Assembly (NCBI GenBank): GCA_038061715.1
Contig: JBBTYP010000003.1
Coordinates: 12,034 to 76,033, forward strand
DNA length: 64,000 bases
Direction of reading: 5' to 3'
Origin: Patescibacteria group bacterium
GTDB lineage: Bacteria; Patescibacteriota; Minisyncoccia; Phycocordibacterales; UBA918
In this document: in pieces, positions 1 through 9,312 of the stretch
Numbering within the stretch: the stretch's first letter is position 1
How the letters are laid out: the number at the start of each line of letters is the position of its first letter
Notes under the pieces: generated by a model
The model's database searches: none
Told to the model about the DNA's origin: nothing
The model's input: the letters and a program-made list of their open reading frames with translations, nothing else
Position numbers and translations under genes: made by a program

Positions 1-123
1 TCTGCACCATTTTTAGTAACAAAACATGTTCGCATTGAGCATCCTGCTCTTTGCTCATCTAATAATACCCCACTCCCCTCCTCCACAATAAAAGATTTCA
101 ACAGGGTCTCTCCAGACAGAAAT

Positions 124-160
124 AAAACAGGCCGGAAGCAACGCTTCCGGCCTGTTTTGT
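124..160. terminator. Intrinsic-terminator-like hairpin downstream of nrdA (16-bp perfect stem, A-run/T-run flanks)
   Basis: aaaacaggccggaagc-aacg-cttccggcctgtttt; lies just 3' of the minus-strand nrdA stop. Confidence 0.6.
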
Positions 161-321
161 TCTGTGAATTAAACTTTGTTAGCGTTTGACCAGTTCCAGG
201 AATTTGCCCTCGGAAATGGGCAAATTCGGAACTAAATGCACCCCAAGAGTACTTCCATTTTTATAGTCGACTTACGTCTCCTTAAAAATTAGGGCGCGCA
301 TAGTCGCTTGCGCTCGTTTGC

Positions 322-2043
322 TCATTTATTCTTCCCTTCGTTTTCAATCAGTTTCTTGCGGATCATTTGCTGGGCAGCGTTCATGGAGTGCTGATAGTAG
401 AGGCTTTTTACCCCTTGCTTCCAGGCTTGGATGTAGAGAGCGTTAATATCTTTCACTGGTGTGTCAGGAGCTACCATGATATTGAGTGATTGTGCTTGGT
501 CGATGTGCTTTTGTCTGTCTCCCGCTTGTTCGATTACTTTACTTTGATCAATCTCGGAGAAAGTACGATAAATCGCCTTCTCGTCGTCGGTTAGACAAGT
601 GAGATTTTGGACTGAGCCGTCGTTGTCACGAATACTGTCCCAAGTTACTTTGTCATCATGACCCTTCTCTTGAAGGAGTTTTTGTAAAGTAGGATTTTTG
701 ATAGTTACTTTCATCTTGGCGACGTCTTTCACATAACAGTTAGACCAAATCGGTTCGATACCTTGTGACACTTGTCCAAGAATGAAAGCCGAAGAAGTAG
801 TCGGTGCAATCGCAAGAAGGGTGGTGTTACGGCGACCATAACCCTTAAGCACTTCTGGTTCGCCTAGAGTCTTGGCTAGCTCAATAGTCGCAGCATCGGC
901 TTTGTCTTTAATAACTTTAAATACTTCGCGGTTGAGAGTAGCCGCTTCATCACTTTCAAAAGCCAGGCCTTTGGCTTGAAGTAGAGAGTGGTATCCAAGG
1001 ACACCAAGACCGAGAGCTCTATTTGATTTAGCGAAGTTGTACGCTCGCTGCATAAAGTCGAAGGCCCGACGCTTCTCCGGTTCGGTGTGATCGCGGAGAG
1101 TTTCGAGCTTAATGATAAATTCCTCCATCACAGCATCGAGGAAGGCCGTCATGGTTTCTACCAAGTCGGTGTCTTTCCAAGCATCGTAGTGAAGAAGATT
1201 GATAGATGACAAACAACACACGAATGACCAATCTTCTTTGCTTGGTAGCATGATTTCGCTACACATATTGCTAGCATGAATGCGAAGGTTTTTGTCTTTG
1301 TAGACATCAACAGTATTGTTGTTGGCGGTGTCGCTAAACATGATGTACGGATAGCCCATTTCACCTCGGCGTTGAATAATCCTGGCCCACACTTTACGTT
1401 TCTTCTCATCACCCGCAATCATTGCTTCCATCCAGTCGTCCCCTACCGTCACGCCGTGGGTAAGCTTCTGAATAGGGTTGCCTTCAGTACCGATATCAAG
1501 AAACTCCATGATGTCGTCGTGTTCCGCCGGCAAGTAGGGAGAGAAGTGCCCCCGGCGAACTGAACCTTGTGATACCACTACAACGAGAGTTTCAAACAGT
1601 TGCATGAAATGTACTGAGCCAGAAGAAAAACCATTGTCATTACCAATTGTGGCCCCTCGTGCTCGCAGAGCTCCGAAAAAACCCGAACAACCACCACCGT
1701 ACTTACTCATCATCCCTACTTCAGCATTGGTGTAGAGAATACTACCCATGTTGTCGTCGACATAAGAACCAAAACAACTAATCGGTAACCCTTTATCGTC
1801 GCCGAAGTTGGCCCAGACTGGCGAAGCCAACGATATCCAACCGCGCGACATGTAATCGACAAATTTATCAGCAAAACCTTCTTGCTTGAGGTACTTTTCC
1901 GCTGTTTCTGCAATCACACGAATGCGTTCTTCAGCAGTTTGTCCAGGGGCAAGATAACCTCGGGCTAGAAATCCGCGACTATTTTCGTTCAGCCAGTACC
2001 ATGGTTCCATATCAGTTGTTCGGTTATTAATTAATCGCGACAA
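322..2043 (-). CDS. nrdA: Ribonucleotide-diphosphate reductase class I alpha subunit, no N-terminal ATP-cone
   Basis: 573 aa; PISCFGSYVDDNM...KYGGGCSGFF and NMCSEIMLPS active-site-region motifs typical of class I R1; short N-terminus. Confidence 0.85.
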   Translation of the reverse strand: MSRLINNRTTDMEPWYWLNENSRGFLARGYLAPGQTAEERIRVIAETAEKYLKQEGFADKFVDYMSRGWISLASPVWANFGDDKGLPISCFGSYVDDNMGSILYTNAEVGMMSKYGGGCSGFFGALRARGATIGNDNGFSSGSVHFMQLFETLVVVVSQGSVRRGHFSPYLPAEHDDIMEFLDIGTEGNPIQKLTHGVTVGDDWMEAMIAGDEKKRKVWARIIQRRGEMGYPYIMFSDTANNNTVDVYKDKNLRIHASNMCSEIMLPSKEDWSFVCCLSSINLLHYDAWKDTDLVETMTAFLDAVMEEFIIKLETLRDHTEPEKRRAFDFMQRAYNFAKSNRALGLGVLGYHSLLQAKGLAFESDEAATLNREVFKVIKDKADAATIELAKTLGEPEVLKGYGRRNTTLLAIAPTTSSAFILGQVSQGIEPIWSNCYVKDVAKMKVTIKNPTLQKLLQEKGHDDKVTWDSIRDNDGSVQNLTCLTDDEKAIYRTFSEIDQSKVIEQAGDRQKHIDQAQSLNIMVAPDTPVKDINALYIQAWKQGVKSLYYQHSMNAAQQMIRKKLIENEGKNK

Positions 2044-2170
2044 TTATACTTTATCTTAATGACTTGTCTCTAAAAGTGCAGATTTCAAGGCGTGCTAGAG
2101 GTGGGTCGTGAGCCATACTGGACGTATGGTGAACGTCACACTTCGACGCACAACGCTGAAATATGTGCTT

Positions 2171-3484
2171 TTAGAACAAGTCGTCACTGGTGACACTAGC
2201 GGAACGCTTATTGTAGTTGATTGAACGCTTTTGAAAGAAGTCGACATGCTTAGTGGCAATCACTTCGGCGTCAAACCAATCGGTCTCCTCTAAGAGAGCG
2301 TCACTGACTTCGAAGATGCGCGGCATTCCAATAGAAGCCAATGAGTTGTTAAAGCGATGTTTAATGAACTCTTTTACGTTCGCCGCTGGCATGAAGCTGA
2401 GCTCGCCCGCCTCGTAAATCCAGTCAACAATACTACTCTCCGCTTCGTAGGCTTCCCTACAAGCAGTAACGACCCGGTCGCGACAGTCTTGATCAAACCA
2501 TTCGGGATGCTCTTCCTTAATGATGTTGATGACGTCAATCCCAAACATCCCGTGAAGGTTTTCTTCTTTTGAGGTAGCCTCTACCGCATTTGAAATACCC
2601 TTGAAGAGATTTCGGTGTTTGTTAAATGACATTATGATCAAAAACTGAGAAAAGAGTGACACGTGCTCGACAAATAGAGAGAAGAGCATGACTGATTGGA
2701 AATAATCCTTATTTTCTTGGGTTCGGGAGAGTTCAATCACCTTTTCTAAGTAGTCCATTCGTTGCTGAATGACTGGTATGTCTTTGATCTTTTTGAATTC
2801 GTCATTGAGGCCCAAGATCTCCAGCAAGTGGGCGTAGGCATCGGCGTGACGCACCTCCGATTCAGAGAAAGTGGCTCCGACGGCACCGATTTCTGGTTTT
2901 GGCATTTTTTTGTAGATGTCGCCCCAAAAAGTCTTCACTGCTACCTCAATCTGCGCAATCGCTAGCATAGCGTTTTTGATAGCGCCGCGCTCCGCTTCGT
3001 TTACATTAACGTGAAAGTCTTGCACGTCAGACGTGAAGTTAAACTCGGTATGTACCCAATATGAATGACGGATGGCGGTAGTATATTCATAGAGTTCTGG
3101 GTACTCGTAGGGCTTGAAGTTCTGGCGCTTGGCAAAGATATCACGCTCACGTAACTTCTTACGTTCGTTGCGATAGATGATGTAGGCCTTAGCCGTCATG
3201 AAAAAACCCTTCTCCATGAGAGCTTGTTCGACTAAGTCTTGAATTTCTTCCACCGCGGGACTTCCATCGATACATTTGTTGGCTAGTTCACTACCAGTTT
3301 CAGCTGTACCGGCTTGCACACACATGGCGACAACTTTTTTGTGGGCCAGTTCGGCTACTTCGATAGCTGCATCGCGATTGCCTTCGCCTGTTTCGGCCAG
3401 GGCTTTGGCGATGGCGTTCTCAATCTTCACGATATCAAAAGGCCGATGTGAGCCGTCACGCTTTCGAATAGTTTCGATGTTCAT
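2171..3484 (-). CDS. nrdB: Ribonucleotide reductase class I beta subunit (R2) with fused N-terminal ATP-cone domain
   Basis: N-terminus MNIETIRKRDGSHRPFDIVKIENAIAKA...AKAYIIYRNERKK matches ATP-cone (NrdR/NrdA-type); remainder has R2 diiron-site helices (FSESEVRHADAYAHLLE, FVEHVSLFSQF). Confidence 0.8.
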   Translation of the reverse strand: MNIETIRKRDGSHRPFDIVKIENAIAKALAETGEGNRDAAIEVAELAHKKVVAMCVQAGTAETGSELANKCIDGSPAVEEIQDLVEQALMEKGFFMTAKAYIIYRNERKKLRERDIFAKRQNFKPYEYPELYEYTTAIRHSYWVHTEFNFTSDVQDFHVNVNEAERGAIKNAMLAIAQIEVAVKTFWGDIYKKMPKPEIGAVGATFSESEVRHADAYAHLLEILGLNDEFKKIKDIPVIQQRMDYLEKVIELSRTQENKDYFQSVMLFSLFVEHVSLFSQFLIIMSFNKHRNLFKGISNAVEATSKEENLHGMFGIDVINIIKEEHPEWFDQDCRDRVVTACREAYEAESSIVDWIYEAGELSFMPAANVKEFIKHRFNNSLASIGMPRIFEVSDALLEETDWFDAEVIATKHVDFFQKRSINYNKRSASVTSDDLF

Positions 3485-3984
3485 ACCAATAAACTACGTT
3501 AGTAAAAGTAGGATCATCGCGCACGAACGTAATTGGTGGAAGACTGCTGTCTCTACTACAGGCAGCACAATTAGGTTCACAAGCGATGTGGTGAGCTAGC
3601 TAAATTTAATGAGTTGCGAAGAATCGGATGAAAATGACTTGGGTCGTACGATTTGTACGGCGAGGGTTATTTCACTGGACGATAACAAAGCAAATCGTAA
3701 ATTTATCTAGCGTAGGTCGCGACTAACACACCACCATAATGAAATATGGCGTTCTAAACTCGATAGGAGTTTGTGTGTCTTACCTCCGACACACGAGACC
3801 TCGTGTGGTTCCCTTACTATAGCACCGCTAGTTCCTGCTTGGCTATTTTTATGGGTGCCAAACGAGGGCTATTTTGCGTCAACGTATCCTCGAGTGTGTG
3901 GATAAGTTCGATCACCACTCCTATACAAAATAGTTTTGGTTTTTGCCTAGATTTTCAAGTCGCCGAAAGTGTTTCGTGGTATAG

Positions 3985-4022
3985 AAAGAGAGCAGCGAGC
4001 TTCGCTCGCTGCTCTCTTTTAC
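3985..4022. terminator. Hairpin terminator downstream of mscL
   Basis: aaagagagcagcgagc-ttc-gctcgctgctctcttt perfect 16-bp stem, T-run. Confidence 0.6.
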
Positions 4023-4412
4023 CTATCGACTAAGCCGATCGCGGATCTCGCGCAGGAGTAAGACTTCCTCGGAGGGACTCTTTGGCACTTCGGCTGCCAC
4101 TTCCTTTTTAACGACAGCTGCTTGTGCCTTATTAATACCTTTAACCACCATAAAGATAGCTAAAGCTACGATGATAAAATCGAGCACTGACTGAACGAAG
4201 ACACCGTAAGTCATGGTGGCATCGCCAAGCCGGTAGGCCAGACCAGAAAAGTTTATTCCTCCCATGAGCAGACCGATTAACGGAGTGATGATGTCGGTCA
4301 CTAGTGAAGACACTATCTTTCCAAATGCGCCGCCGATAACCACCGCCACCGCCAGGTCGAGGACATTGCCCTTCATCGCAAAGGCTTTAAATTCTGCAAC
4401 AAATGCTTTCAT
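4023..4412 (-). CDS. mscL: Large-conductance mechanosensitive channel
   Basis: 129 aa; N-terminal [27 protein letters not shown]... canonical MscL TM1 signature. Confidence 0.9.
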   Translation of the reverse strand: MKAFVAEFKAFAMKGNVLDLAVAVVIGGAFGKIVSSLVTDIITPLIGLLMGGINFSGLAYRLGDATMTYGVFVQSVLDFIIVALAIFMVVKGINKAQAAVVKKEVAAEVPKSPSEEVLLLREIRDRLSR

Positions 4413-4463
4413 AACTACAAATTAGTACTTATCTCGTAAAATAGATAGGTAGAGTATAGCTTA

Positions 4464-5609
4464 TTAATGATGATGGTGGTGGTGAGGTAATGAATCAGAT
4501 TGACTGTCAACTTCATGCTTTTGGTAGTACCAGGCCGCGGCAGCAGTAGTAGCCGGCACCGCCATAATGAGTCCGATGCTACCAACAATAATGCGCGTGA
4601 GTTCGGCCGCCACCACTTCTTGATTGAAAATCGCGGACATATTACTCCCCGCTTTGGCATAAAGTAAAATTAGTGGCAACGAAACCCCGACATACGCGAG
4701 AGCGAGGGTATTTACGATTGAACCAATATGGTCGCGCCCTACTGCAATCGCGCGAGTATACAGTTCCTTAAAATTAAACAGTGGGTTGGCAGCCTTGAGT
4801 TGTGCGACCACAGAGGCTTGCGTAACTGCGACATCGTCAAGGATCCCTAAAATACCGATGATAATTCCTCCCAGTAGTAAACCCGCCAGATCAAGCGAGC
4901 CATTAGTCGCAAAGTTGAGATATACCGAGGCGTCATCACTAAAACCAGTCAATCGCATTCCCCTCACACATACATATGATAAGACGCAAGTAATAAGCAC
5001 CGCACTGAAAGTTCCAATAAACGAAATAGTCGAGCGGGCGTTAAACCCGTGTGTACCAAAGAGAGCAAAAGCTAAAATAATGGCGGCGATACCTAGGGTA
5101 GTTAGCGCTGGATCATATCCTGCTAAAAGCGCTGGGACTAGCACGAAGATAATCGCAGCAACGCTAATTGCTAGCGAGAGCAGTGCCCGCACCCCTTGCC
5201 ACTTGGAGATACAAAGTAGCATTGCTACAAAGAGTGCAAAAATACCAAGGAGCATCGGCCGTCTTTCATAAGTTGAGAAAGTGATGTACTCATCGCCATT
5301 GATAGTCACAACTCGATTAACAAAAACCTTATCGTCCACCTCAAGCTTTATCATCTCAACGGTCATTGGTACGACTTCCCCTTTCTTTTCACCTTCCTCT
5401 AGCAGTACCCTGACCTCTTGTACGCTGGTGGTGGTGTCGGTGCCAGTCACCTCCCGTTCTTCACTACTTACAATTTCAAGCACAGTCCCTGAGACCGTTT
5501 CTTTTACATCTTGATGGATCGTCTCCGCTAGAGAAAGAGCGGGAGAAAATAAAGCCAGGCTAGCGATAACACAAACCCTAGAAAATAAGCCGCGCAACAT
5601 AAAATCCAA
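4464..5609 (-). CDS. YibE/F-family multi-pass membrane protein with natural C-terminal His6 tail
   Basis: 381 aa; signal/TM N-terminus, ~6 TM helices, general YibE/F-like architecture; ends ...SLPHHHHHH. Confidence 0.55.
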   Translation of the reverse strand: MDFMLRGLFSRVCVIASLALFSPALSLAETIHQDVKETVSGTVLEIVSSEEREVTGTDTTTSVQEVRVLLEEGEKKGEVVPMTVEMIKLEVDDKVFVNRVVTINGDEYITFSTYERRPMLLGIFALFVAMLLCISKWQGVRALLSLAISVAAIIFVLVPALLAGYDPALTTLGIAAIILAFALFGTHGFNARSTISFIGTFSAVLITCVLSYVCVRGMRLTGFSDDASVYLNFATNGSLDLAGLLLGGIIIGILGILDDVAVTQASVVAQLKAANPLFNFKELYTRAIAVGRDHIGSIVNTLALAYVGVSLPLILLYAKAGSNMSAIFNQEVVAAELTRIIVGSIGLIMAVPATTAAAAWYYQKHEVDSQSDSLPHHHHHH

Positions 5610-5751
5610 CCCCAGCCGCTATCGCTAAAGTATAAAGCACCGTCAAAATAAATGATGGCTTATCCATTACCTTTAGTTTAGTGGAAAGTGGCACTATGAG
5701 CAAATGAAAACACAAAACACCGCGGCCAGTGGCCGCGGTGTTTTGTTAATT

Positions 5752-6108
5752 TTACTCTTTTGCCACAAATCCAGCGTACAAGGCTACAATTGCAACCAGG
5801 AGATGCAGGATGTTGTCTGCCCCATTAGTGTGGATGAGTCCGAGCACATCACCACCCATCGCAAAGCCGAGGATTGTCACAAGTGCGTACACCACACCGA
5901 ACACTTTGAAGAAAAGTTTCGCGTGAGCAAGCGAACATGCCGCCCAAATGGCAATCAGACCAGTCGCTAGGTGGATAATATTGTGCAAGGCATCGACCTC
6001 AAAGATACCGAGCAAGTGTCCATCGGTAGTTACTCCAGGCACAAACCCGAGTACTCCAATGAGCACAAACACGATTCCGAATAATTTAGCTAATTTCTGA
6101 ACGTTCAT
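5752..6108 (-). CDS. DUF4383-like small membrane protein
   Basis: 118 aa, 4 TM helices; FEVDALHNIIHLATG motif resembles DUF4383. Confidence 0.5.
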   Translation of the reverse strand: MNVQKLAKLFGIVFVLIGVLGFVPGVTTDGHLLGIFEVDALHNIIHLATGLIAIWAACSLAHAKLFFKVFGVVYALVTILGFAMGGDVLGLIHTNGADNILHLLVAIVALYAGFVAKE

Positions 6109-6260
6109 ACATTAATCTCTTAAATGATAAACCCTTCGCTTCTATATAAATTGTAGCAGTCCTGTTCTACTTGACTAGAGGGTTTAAGGACTATCTCGAC
6201 AAACCATCAAAAAACCATTAGTATGTCCCGCACGTGTCCTCGTGACACATATTATAGCAT

Positions 6261-6333
6261 GGCGGCTATAGTACAACGGTTAGTGCATCGGTTTGTGGTA
6301 CCGATAATTCGGGTTCGATTCCCGGTAGCCGCC
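6261..6333 (+). tRNA. tRNA-His (GTG) with genome-encoded G-1
   Basis: Cloverleaf folds with 8-bp acceptor (G-1:C73), D-stem GTAC/GTGC, anticodon stem TCGGT/ACCGA, loop TTGTGGT, T-arm TCGGG-TTCGATT-CCCGG; no CCA encoded. Confidence 0.85.
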
Positions 6334-6339
6334 CTCGTA

Positions 6340-6367
6340 GTAAGAATCCCCTCACGGGGATTCTTAC
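6340..6367. terminator. 12-bp perfect hairpin between tRNA-His and convergent minus-strand gene
   Basis: gtaagaatcccc-tcac-ggggattcttac; weak T-run, so terminator function is uncertain. Confidence 0.45.
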
Positions 6368-6379
6368 GTTCGTTGTCAT

Positions 6380-6853
6380 TTAAGACTCAAAATCGTTAAG
6401 TATTTTTAGGAAGCTTTGTTGTGTGGCTTTAGGAATTTGTGGATGGTTGAGCAATTCAATCTTTCCCTTGCGTTTAATGATTTCTTTTACCTCTCCGAAG
6501 TAAAACCCCTGAACAGTTGCCAGAAAAAGATAGGAAGGATTCCAGCTTTGACTCATGCGTTTTACGATACTGAGAACTTCACTATTTTTAAGTGTTTTTC
6601 GATATTTTACTTCGATCAGATGGACAACCTTTGTCTTGTTATTGATGACAGCGAAATCTGGTGCTGTTCGAAGAGCTTCCACCATCTCATCATTCTCGCC
6701 CTGCCCCCTACCTACCAACTCAGGAATTATCTTCTCATAGCCAAATTCCAGAACAGTAAACTGTCCAGTCGAACGAAGCATTTGAGCGAACACTGTCTCA
6801 GCAATTTTTCCTTTAACTAAATTCCTCGCAAAAGATACTTCGTTATTTTTCAT
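6380..6853 (-). CDS. Hypothetical protein with PD-(D/E)xK nuclease-fold-like motifs (YraN/Hjc-like), immediately downstream of the type IIG RM gene
   Basis: 157 aa; GKIAETVFAQML...PDFAV...HLIEVKYRK arrangement (E...D...E-x-K) reminiscent of restriction-endonuclease-like fold. Confidence 0.35.
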   Translation of the reverse strand: MKNNEVSFARNLVKGKIAETVFAQMLRSTGQFTVLEFGYEKIIPELVGRGQGENDEMVEALRTAPDFAVINNKTKVVHLIEVKYRKTLKNSEVLSIVKRMSQSWNPSYLFLATVQGFYFGEVKEIIKRKGKIELLNHPQIPKATQQSFLKILNDFES

Positions 6854-6872
6854 AGTATTTATTTATACTTTA

Positions 6873-9281
6873 TTACTTAAGAAAACCTAAGTCGAATACT
6901 TGCGGTCTTATCTTCTCAGACAACGACTTATACGCTAGCTCAAAATCTTCAAACGATGCTTCTGGTAAACTCGCAGTCTCATTACGTTTTTTAAGTGCAT
7001 TTCGAATCTGATACCATCCTACATCTGGACGATTGAGCTTAAGGGCTTCTCGCACAGTATAGGGGTCAGTGTGCTCAAAATAAGCAGACCAAAGTTTCCG
7101 ACCCTCCTCAAGTACCACTTTGGATTCTACTGACAAATTTTTATCTTTAAGATACTTAACCATAAAATCACTCTCGAAGCGCTCTGATGTTCCCACTTCA
7201 CTTTCAGTGAAAGGAATAAAGTGATTCACTATGCTCCATTTTTTTCCGTTCCATTCCAAATCATTTGCACTTGCAGTAAGGTTACTACCATTAAATAGCA
7301 TCCAAATTAAACAGTCATTTTTAAACTCTTCACTCAAATCTTCTGTCGGTTGCAAAAACTGGTCTCTGTCATTTTGCCAAGTTGGCTTAATGATGCGTCT
7401 AACGGTAAACATTACAGCCGCCTTCCACAAGTCTGTTGGTGTAACAAAAATCGTACCAGCACTTCCAAAACCAGAAGAATATATAGATGTTGTTTTGGAA
7501 TGTTGCACATCACTACCTTGGAATACTAAACATGCAATGGCATCGTTAGCCCACTTAGTACCGCGCAAATCCTTTGTGACAGTTGCTGGTGATACAGCAT
7601 TTTTAAGGGGTATAACTTCTAAATCATTTGCCTTCGGTCGAACTATCCAATTGCCCAATAAACTTTCCTTGGGCGCATTGTAAAAAATCTTCTTCCCAAT
7701 TGGTCGAGCGTCATTATCTAAGACTTCAGTAGAAATTTCTTCAAACTGACTTATTTGACCATCTCCATGACTAGTACGCCAAATAAGGAAACCAATCGGG
7801 AACACACCTTTAATCCCGTCGAAAGATTTACTAGGAACAATGAAGCCACCCATATAATCTGCATCCCACTGTTGGCGAAAATCTTCAAAATTTGGAGAAT
7901 TTACATATTTAAGTTTACTGAACATTGCTAATGTCGCATTTGGTAGTTCTTTAGCAAACCGCACCATAAACTGCACAAAAAGCTCGCGAGCTGCGTAACC
8001 TTGCTCATCCATCAATTCTGCAACTTTTGTTTTAGAAACATTTTTCTTTGACTCTGAACGTTCATTATCTGAAATGTTTTCTGCATTCATTGCTTCGGCA
8101 TATGGAGGATTTATCAGTACTAAAATTTTCTTACCACTTTTAATAGCTCGACGAAGTGACTCCGGCAGCTTATTTGTTAGAGTGTAATCAATTTCTCCTG
8201 AATCAGAAATATCATCATTTAGATAATCATACTGAAAACGTTCAGCTGCGACACATGTCTTAGTAGCCTTCATAACATCTATATCAGCTTGATCGAGCGT
8301 ACTCATATAGATATTACGATGGTTACTATGCTTTACCTCGAGGTTTCCTACCCCGCAACACATATCCCATACAATGTATTCATCTTGCCATCCCTCCCCA
8401 AGAGTCTCGGTGAGTTTATTGTACGCAGCATCTACAACATGGAGCGGGGTGTAATAAGCACCCTTAAAGCTACGCTCATCGAGAGGAATAAGACTATCTC
8501 GTCTCTCTAGAAGATAAGTACGGTACTGCTCTTTTGGTGGCTTGTGATAAATAGCCCAAAAGCGTCGGTATCCTTCTTTGTTACTCAATTCGTATAACTT
8601 TCCATTGAGCGAGAAGACCGGCATTCCATCCTTATGAAGAAGCTCAGCAGGCATATCCTTGATTGAGGAAACCGTACCGTCATGCATTATGTCTGCAAAA
8701 AACAAAAGAGCGTAGTCTTCTTCCTGAACCCCAGCCAGCTCACGACCAATCATTTCAACCCAACGATCAAACACTTGTTTTAGATTGCTTGGAGTAATCT
8801 GAGTTCGGACAATCTCTCCTTCCTGAATAGCATTTTTAACAGCATCAATGAATTCCTGTTCGTGTGTCTTTATATTAAATGACACCATATAGGTACCTAT
8901 GTGCGCTGATACAGCTGCAAGTGCCTCTGGAGTTACATCACTAGCTGACTTACCCCATTTAATATCTTTCCGCTCCAAGACAGGTAAAGCGTCGATAGTC
9001 TTCATGATTGCTGCCTTATTCGTATCAATAACAGCTAAAAAAGGTGGCAGCTCTTCTCCATGATTTAGCCACTCTTTTGCGTAGTGCAAAAGTTGAGTAA
9101 ACATTGAAAAGCTACTGCAGGCACTACCAGCTTTTGCTTCAAACCATATTTCCTTAGTTTGAATATCAATTAAGCCCTTTTGATAGGCTTTTAGTCCCAG
9201 CGCTTTAATATAAAAATCCTTAACGTCCTCTTCACTACTGGCATTCTGAAGCTTTTCGTATAAAGTCATACTGAAAAGCAT
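6873..9281 (-). CDS. Fused type IIG/IIL restriction endonuclease plus N6-adenine methyltransferase (MmeI-like)
   Basis: 802 aa; N-terminal D-x9-E-x-K (LIDIQTKEIWFEAKAG) as in MmeI nuclease; methyltransferase motif I VWDMCCGVGNLE, GAYYTP, motif IV LVLINPPYAEA; C-terminal ~300 aa putative TRD. Confidence 0.75.
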   Translation of the reverse strand: MLFSMTLYEKLQNASSEEDVKDFYIKALGLKAYQKGLIDIQTKEIWFEAKAGSACSSFSMFTQLLHYAKEWLNHGEELPPFLAVIDTNKAAIMKTIDALPVLERKDIKWGKSASDVTPEALAAVSAHIGTYMVSFNIKTHEQEFIDAVKNAIQEGEIVRTQITPSNLKQVFDRWVEMIGRELAGVQEEDYALLFFADIMHDGTVSSIKDMPAELLHKDGMPVFSLNGKLYELSNKEGYRRFWAIYHKPPKEQYRTYLLERRDSLIPLDERSFKGAYYTPLHVVDAAYNKLTETLGEGWQDEYIVWDMCCGVGNLEVKHSNHRNIYMSTLDQADIDVMKATKTCVAAERFQYDYLNDDISDSGEIDYTLTNKLPESLRRAIKSGKKILVLINPPYAEAMNAENISDNERSESKKNVSKTKVAELMDEQGYAARELFVQFMVRFAKELPNATLAMFSKLKYVNSPNFEDFRQQWDADYMGGFIVPSKSFDGIKGVFPIGFLIWRTSHGDGQISQFEEISTEVLDNDARPIGKKIFYNAPKESLLGNWIVRPKANDLEVIPLKNAVSPATVTKDLRGTKWANDAIACLVFQGSDVQHSKTTSIYSSGFGSAGTIFVTPTDLWKAAVMFTVRRIIKPTWQNDRDQFLQPTEDLSEEFKNDCLIWMLFNGSNLTASANDLEWNGKKWSIVNHFIPFTESEVGTSERFESDFMVKYLKDKNLSVESKVVLEEGRKLWSAYFEHTDPYTVREALKLNRPDVGWYQIRNALKKRNETASLPEASFEDFELAYKSLSEKIRPQVFDLGFLK

Positions 9282-9312
9282 AGCATAAACTAGAAATGCT
9301 GGTTATTTTAAG

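Noticed and set aside
1158-1913. Several 60-95 aa ORFs (1158-1418, 1276-1563, 1716-1913) inside or antisense to nrdA
   Set aside because: They are fully nested in a strongly supported conserved gene and have no motifs, so they are spurious.
3773-4033. 86-aa plus-strand ORF in the nrd upstream region
   Set aside because: Low-complexity, with no motif support. It overlaps the mscL terminator, so it is more likely part of a non-coding leader.
4464-4490. His6 tail as evidence of a cloning-vector artifact
   Set aside because: The flanking sequence is ordinary chromosomal context with a native stop and terminator, and there are no vector or linker sequences.
6260-6334. Initial impression that tRNA-His lacks a genome-encoded G-1
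   Set aside because: Re-folding with an 8-bp acceptor stem (G6261 as G-1 pairing with C73 at 6333) gives a canonical D-arm and T-arm, so G-1 is encoded.
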